A stretch of 64,000 bases of DNA from Epiperipatus broadwayi. Taxonomy: Eukaryota; Animalia; Onychophora. Within the stretch, counting starts at the first letter, position 1, and every line of letters starts with the position of its first letter. The translations under genes and the position numbers were made by a program. Below the pieces are notes generated by a model. That model had not been told where the DNA came from. It was given only the letters and a program-made list of their open reading frames with translations, and did no database searches. The stretch lies in assembly GCA_028023455.1 (NCBI GenBank), contig JAQFVV010000005.1, positions 18,290,001 to 18,354,000 on the forward strand, given 5' to 3'. This document shows positions 63,633-64,000 of this stretch, in pieces.

Positions 63633-64000
63633 TGTACCGGTATAAATCCACCACGCTTACTCATACACAGTACCCGAGTTCAAACCCAGTCCACGTTTAA
63701 GAATAATTTCCAAAACGCCAACTGAATTCAAACCCAAACCCCGGTATGACTAACCGATGATGACTTTATAACAGCACGGGGTTATCCCTTTTCTAGCTCA
63801 GCTTAGAACATGGACTAAATTCTTACAGTTAATGATATATAGGTTTGTTAGACTATAGATATTGGAACGGTCATTCATGTAACATATATATTTAAGTTGC
63901 CAATACAGACAGAAAGTGGCTAAATAGACTTAGAGAGTAATAAGGTGGAGGACACAAAGATTAAGATTAAATAAAGTGTTTAATAAGCAAAATATAAAGC
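63633..64000. repeat. Right LTR (partial, truncated by the window end)
   Basis: 367/368 identical to 58430-58797. Confidence 0.9.

Larger units (their letters stand above)
58430..64000 (-). mobile_element. Young LTR-bounded element lacking recognisable pol (runs past the window end)
   Basis: Direct repeats start TGTACCGG at 58430 and 63633 and differ at 1 of 368 bases. A PBS-like motif next to the right LTR favours minus orientation. One long internal ORF; no RT, RNase H, integrase or protease motifs in about 4 kb of internal sequence. Confidence 0.8.

Overview
This is AT-rich, repeat-dominated eukaryotic DNA, most likely an invertebrate animal. I could not recognise any host protein-coding gene with confidence. 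Contents: (1) A young LTR-bounded element at the right end (58430 to beyond 64000). Its two LTRs differ at 1 of 368 comparable bases, it has no recognisable pol, and it carries one intact orphan 425-aa ORF. (2) A structured Pol III-type gene at 42841-43115 (-) with a clear SRP/7SL Alu domain and an unusually reduced S domain. (3) A Penelope-like element (PLE) landscape: two GIY-YIG endonuclease fragments, several short non-coding families, minimal hammerhead ribozymes in five families (three with a U3-A8 core variant), and about 14 fold-back (inverted-duplicated) insertions, 9 of them flanked by 10-16 bp target-site duplications (TSDs). (4) Eight copies of a tRNA-Gly(TCC)-derived poly(A) SINE. 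(5) Decayed Gypsy and LINE (RTE plus a second family) remnants, a hAT MITE, weaker hAT and piggyBac remnants, a solo LTR, and local tandem duplications and microsatellites. All calls were made by eye; no database search or folding program was run.
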